From NCBI RefSeq assembly GCF_964355755.1, contig NC_092675.1, positions 11,899,812-11,963,811 on the forward strand: a DNA stretch of 64,000 bases, written 5' to 3'. Position numbers and translations under genes: made by a program. The notes under the pieces were generated by a model. The model did no database searches and had not been told where the DNA came from. It was given only the letters and a program-made list of their open reading frames with translations. Every line of letters begins with the position of its first letter. Position 1 is the first letter of the stretch. Below are positions 60,501 to 64,000 of the stretch, piece after piece. The stretch comes from Antedon mediterranea. Lineage: Eukaryota; Animalia; Echinodermata.

Positions 60501-63500
60501 TTCTGCTAAAAAGCCGGGAAGAATAGATGATGTTACAACTGACAATGGTATATACATTTTGTACACTATGAATGTGCATTTTAATGTAGTGGAATCTGTA
60601 AATGTTAATCAAAATTATGTTCAAGAAACATCAGGACAAGTTAATATGGATAAGACATCACAAAAAAAATTTTCTAAAACAGAGGCCATTTTTCTGAAAA
60701 AGAATTCTACAACAAAGAAACGAAAGCAAATGAGAAAAGAAACATGTGACATATTTGAAGACATAGAAGAACCAAAACACAAACAGAGTAAAACGGTTGA
60801 AGGTCTTTGTTTTGAAAGTGAAAAAAAACAATTGAAAGGAACAAAAAAACAATCTTATAGAAACAGAAAAGAAAAGCAGAAGAATCGACAAAGGATGAAA
60901 AGGCAAAGAGAAGCAAAAGATATTTCAGAAAAAACAAATGAAAATAGAAACAAATATGAAAGTGATTATGTATACAAAGAAAAGAAACGTAAAGTAAAAG
61001 AAGCACAGAAAATAAGATATGCTGATGATGATTATAAATTCCAAAAAAGGAAGGAAAACAGAGAAAGACAATATAACATGTATAGATATGAATCTGATTA
61101 TAATGTTAAGATACGAAATAAAGCGAGACATAACTACAAAATTAATTGTGATTACCGAACAATCAAAAAAGAGAAAAATTTAAATAGATACCACAATGAT
61201 ATAATATTTAGATATAACACGAAAACCAAAAATAAATTCAAATTTGCAGAAAAGTATCACAGTGATCCTAAATTCAGACAAAATTTGAGGCAAAAATTTG
61301 TATTAAAGTATCGTAATAATTCAAAATTCAGAGAAAACTTAAGGCAAAAATTGGCTAATAAGTATCGGAATAATTTAAAATTTAGTCAAAGGTGTAAGGA
61401 AAAATTGGCAGAGAAGTATTGGAGTAATTCGAAATTTAGACAAAACTGTAAACTGAGCTTGTTAGAAAAATATCGTGCCAATTTGGAATTTAGACAAAAG
61501 TGTAAAAAAAGTTTTACAGAAAAATATCATCGTGATCCAGTGTTCCGTAAAAAGGTTCTTAAGAAAAACAAGAAGTATCGAGAAAAGACAAAAACAGAAA
61601 AGAGTAATTTTGAGTTTGTTTTGAAAAACTTCAGGGAAACAATTTCTCGTGGTCCTGAATATATTTGTTGTGTATGTTTTAAAATGTTATTCCAAAATCA
61701 AGTTATGAAGTGTACTAAAAGTAAGTACGAAAATAGAATGTGTATAAATGAAAAGTATTTGCATATTTGCAATAATAAATGTAATAAACCTTGTCAATTT
61801 GTCGAATCACCAAGATGTCGTTTATGGATTTGTTTCACATGCCACAGGAAATTGTTAAATGGAAAAGTCCCTGAAGAGGCTAATTCAAACAATTTACAAC
61901 TACATGATATTCCTCCTGAGCTTGAGTGTTTAAATAATTTAGAGCAGCACTTGATAGGATTAAATATTCCTTTTATGAAGTTAATGAATCTACCCAAAGG
62001 TGGACAGAATGGAATACATGGTCCAGTCGTATGTGTACCATCGAATACTATTGAAACCGTAAAAATGCTGCCTAGACCAGAAGCTGATGATCAATTAATA
62101 TCCGTAAAATTGAAGCGAAAGTTGTCTTACAAAAGCTATTATAAATACAAATTTGTTAACACAGCTAATGTTATTCAAGCTCTTGAATATTTACAAGATC
62201 ATAACAAATGGTACTTTGATGTAGCTATTAATGAAGAATGGCACAATTATTTATCTAAAGAAACTATCGGCAGTGGAGATAATAATAATAATCAAACATG
62301 TATAGAAAACAACGAAGAAGAAGTAGAAGATCGATTGAGTGGTGCTGTTTTTGACACAAGTCTTCAACCTGTTGACAGGCGACAAAATTTGGTTGATGAA
62401 TATTTTCGTGATATAATTTGTTGTGCGCCTTGTGAAAACAATAGCCCTGTTGCATTGTTAAAGAATGAAAGTAATGAAGCAAAATCATTTCCAGTGTTAT
62501 TTCCAACAGGTCAACCAACATTCCATGACACCAGAGATGTTAAAATAACACTTGGACGTTACTTCCACAACAGATTAATGCATGTAGATAACAGATTCGC
62601 AAAAAATGCTGAATTCATATTTTATGCTCAATCTTTATATGAACTTCAACAAATTTTATCAAGTATTTCCATTGCATTGCGAAAGGGATCAAGTAAAAAA
62701 GATGATTTTAGCAAAGTAACTATTGCAGATTTAAAAAATGTTAACAAAATTGAGGAAATTTTAAAATCTGACAAGGGTTATAAATTTTTAAAACAAATAC
62801 GTGGGACTCCACCATACTGGCAAGCAACGCAGAAGGACGTAATGGCAATGGTTAGACAGATTGGCAAACCAACATTTTTTCTTTCATTCTCAAGTGCTGA
62901 CTTTCGTTGGAAAGAAATAGTGACCACATTATTAAGTCAAACAGGAGACAAAAGAAACATTGATGAATTAGAATGGGCAGATAAATGTAATTTGTTGAAG
63001 TCGAATCCAGTAACTGTTGCGAGAATGTTTGACAAACGCTTTCACACTTTTTTGAAAAATGTAATTTTGTCTGAATCACAACCTATTGGTAAAGTTGTAG
63101 ATTATTTTTACCGAATTGAATTTCAAATGAGAGGAAGTCCCCATGTTCATATGTTAGTTTGGGTTGAAAATGCTCCTGTTTTTTGTTCAGATGAAGATAA
63201 GGAAGTAATTAATTTTGTTGATAAATATATTTCTTGTTCTGTTCCATGTCAAACTGTAGATCCTGAATTGAATGAAATTGTTACCAGTGTGCAGATTCAC
63301 AGTAAAAGACATTCTAAATCGTGTAAGAAGAAAGGAACAATTTGTAGATTTAACTTTCCAAGACAACCTTCTCAAAAAACATTTGTTATGAGACCTACTG
63401 TGAGTGAAAGTAATGATGATACTAAACAAGCAAAAGACTTATTAACCTCAGTAAAAGAGGCTGTGACTAATGAAGAACCATATGAAAATGCTAAAGAACT

Positions 63501-64000
63501 TTTCAAAAGTTTAGGTATTACACAAAGTGCATTTGAGAAGGCAAATAATTGTATAGCTACTGAAGAAAAGATTGTTATGAAGAGAAACCCTCAAGACGCA
63601 TGGGTAAATCAGTATAATCCTTCCTTATTAAGAGCATGGAATGCTAATATGGATATTCAGTATATAACAAATGTATATGCATGTATTACTTACGTTGTGC
63701 AATATTTGTCAAAATCTGAACGGGAAATGGGCTTACTTTTATCTCATACAGCATCAGAAGTGAAAGAAGGAAATGAAGATGCTAGACAAAGTTTACGAAA
63801 AATTGGTAATGTGTACATGAATAATCGAGAAGTTTCTGCCCAAGAAAGTGTTTATCGTGTCTGTGGTTTGAGATTAAAAGAATGTTCAAGGAAAGTGGAA
63901 TATATTCCAGTAGGACCTAATCCTGTTAGAATGAGTTTACCACTAAGTGTAATTAAAAACAAAGCAGATGATAACGATTGTGCCTGGTTGCCAAATAAGC
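57595..64000 (+). CDS. Helitron/Helentron Rep(-helicase) polyprotein, 3'-partial: hydrophobic N-terminus, PHD, herpes-tegument-type DUB, OTU, 19-aa basic repeats, HUH Rep
   Basis: Open frame from the ATG at 57595 to the window end. Motifs: PHD CDLC..CDCC...FHVTC..WICSLC; QGSFNQG..F...GKQCVAN and FDPH; GDGNCFYRAIS and HF; GPEYICCVC; FPVLFPTG; IRGTPPYW; PTFFLSFS; EFQMRGSPHVH (HVH at 63142-63150); YVVQYLSK; REVSAQE. Confidence 0.92.
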   Translation, partial: MDTKFITIVYGLLLLVIVLMIFLCKYATKEVTSKECNIVKTAGVDSGIMDKATEFKTVMDDILDLLDECCSTKNVEDVNTIKNESDDTGNAYCECIKDTTEFKEVVDDILNILSYGTALTSEFDKCDLCSIEVKAEDIYITCDCCSKHFHVTCVRNSVEDKLCDSRVIWICSLCGNSNFANNMLGEIGMPCHFNRYTILEPDDSVTADFPELTKNKEKRCNNAKLKCQETGSEDLLGNDWIRVRSKKRTDNRKKRCKNRGNKKRGKRVINGIIIEPGVKYIGKGVKDFYERRNNKKMEWNMNTSTYREYKENDETNGKPMCDVLKNTKVTNGIQQQSGGGLKRNSKGRFVKSKNIDNKESQDNMDLNLKHHKNDCDTMERIGEDIIIKNMDKNNNSEMKTDDDFKMKCTEENDNTATDDVKAQNSSKMNDRTNRFDSNVTDHKNQTCASCEFDENEVSIIDDGSKKTVTEKIRSHTKPKCDQHAIDVDIEVFKKNNFSEKLIIDEGPKQKNTPIRQNTQSINELQLYNSDDDNITVAQGSFNQGNYRFGFAGGKQCVANSLVAILYSTKRNGNEFYTKDLDTILTLGNELYCYIQKDSTMDEDLLMISELPKELDILDNTFVISPKESVFGIIDGDLESMAEYGALSLHQALEQELHQHDAFFMNFNRSTFSIIKRVNGFLIFDPHARDRVGCVSEHGKSILIYSTSWKGVYDYCIRLARSMNCNLHETEFELTGVNVENKSMVLCCASVILDDNSEQNNIGNVDVNEPSTSYQYKCSARSPDKNIDSKVKGQTHNKRGHVSSSNGWQNDSDIEIVNVEYGERPDKNFQFIPISEAQKKNICNEIGIRCENTGKNCSINRTSHIGHPHQITNITGDGNCFYRAISYIISGTEDNHLLLRKAITTHLLKTDDLFINTFSHEYRSVKEYVLKKRIMDNGTWASNTEISAMANLLNTDIYSFNDQLFTWQLFSAKKPGRIDDVTTDNGIYILYTMNVHFNVVESVNVNQNYVQETSGQVNMDKTSQKKFSKTEAIFLKKNSTTKKRKQMRKETCDIFEDIEEPKHKQSKTVEGLCFESEKKQLKGTKKQSYRNRKEKQKNRQRMKRQREAKDISEKTNENRNKYESDYVYKEKKRKVKEAQKIRYADDDYKFQKRKENRERQYNMYRYESDYNVKIRNKARHNYKINCDYRTIKKEKNLNRYHNDIIFRYNTKTKNKFKFAEKYHSDPKFRQNLRQKFVLKYRNNSKFRENLRQKLANKYRNNLKFSQRCKEKLAEKYWSNSKFRQNCKLSLLEKYRANLEFRQKCKKSFTEKYHRDPVFRKKVLKKNKKYREKTKTEKSNFEFVLKNFRETISRGPEYICCVCFKMLFQNQVMKCTKSKYENRMCINEKYLHICNNKCNKPCQFVESPRCRLWICFTCHRKLLNGKVPEEANSNNLQLHDIPPELECLNNLEQHLIGLNIPFMKLMNLPKGGQNGIHGPVVCVPSNTIETVKMLPRPEADDQLISVKLKRKLSYKSYYKYKFVNTANVIQALEYLQDHNKWYFDVAINEEWHNYLSKETIGSGDNNNNQTCIENNEEEVEDRLSGAVFDTSLQPVDRRQNLVDEYFRDIICCAPCENNSPVALLKNESNEAKSFPVLFPTGQPTFHDTRDVKITLGRYFHNRLMHVDNRFAKNAEFIFYAQSLYELQQILSSISIALRKGSSKKDDFSKVTIADLKNVNKIEEILKSDKGYKFLKQIRGTPPYWQATQKDVMAMVRQIGKPTFFLSFSSADFRWKEIVTTLLSQTGDKRNIDELEWADKCNLLKSNPVTVARMFDKRFHTFLKNVILSESQPIGKVVDYFYRIEFQMRGSPHVHMLVWVENAPVFCSDEDKEVINFVDKYISCSVPCQTVDPELNEIVTSVQIHSKRHSKSCKKKGTICRFNFPRQPSQKTFVMRPTVSESNDDTKQAKDLLTSVKEAVTNEEPYENAKELFKSLGITQSAFEKANNCIATEEKIVMKRNPQDAWVNQYNPSLLRAWNANMDIQYITNVYACITYVVQYLSKSEREMGLLLSHTASEVKEGNEDARQSLRKIGNVYMNNREVSAQESVYRVCGLRLKECSRKVEYIPVGPNPVRMSLPLSVIKNKADDNDCAWLPNK

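Noticed and set aside
57621-63429. Many hydrophobic minus-strand ORFs
   Set aside because: They are antisense shadows of the A-rich Helitron ORF on the + strand.

Overview
Eukaryotic, AT-rich, repeat-dense invertebrate DNA (echinoderm-like by general appearance only; this is inference). It holds one clear host gene: a two-exon activin/inhibin-beta/myostatin-type TGF-beta ligand on the minus strand (15623-18678). Its immediate upstream region is amplified as four near-identical ~4.8-kb tandem copies (18850-38029). The rest is mostly mobile DNA. From left to right: an ALKBH2-like fragment and an intronless Bcl-2-like ORF in an AT-rich island; a disabled Gmr1-type (INT-RT-RH order) LTR retrotransposon joined to a DIRS RT fragment; several MITEs and non-autonomous Helitrons; a hammerhead ribozyme next to a tRNA-derived fold-back unit in (AT)n; a decayed Academ transposase; and a near-intact 9.5-kb Gypsy element with a -1 frameshift signal, discordant LTRs and a third ORF with a RING-like finger and its own promoter. 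The window ends in a >2,100-codon Helitron/Helentron ORF that the ORF track misses because it runs off the end. It carries an N-terminal hydrophobic segment, a PHD finger, a herpes-tegument-type deubiquitinase, an OTU domain and an HUH Rep. All family calls come from motif recognition by eye; no database searches were run.
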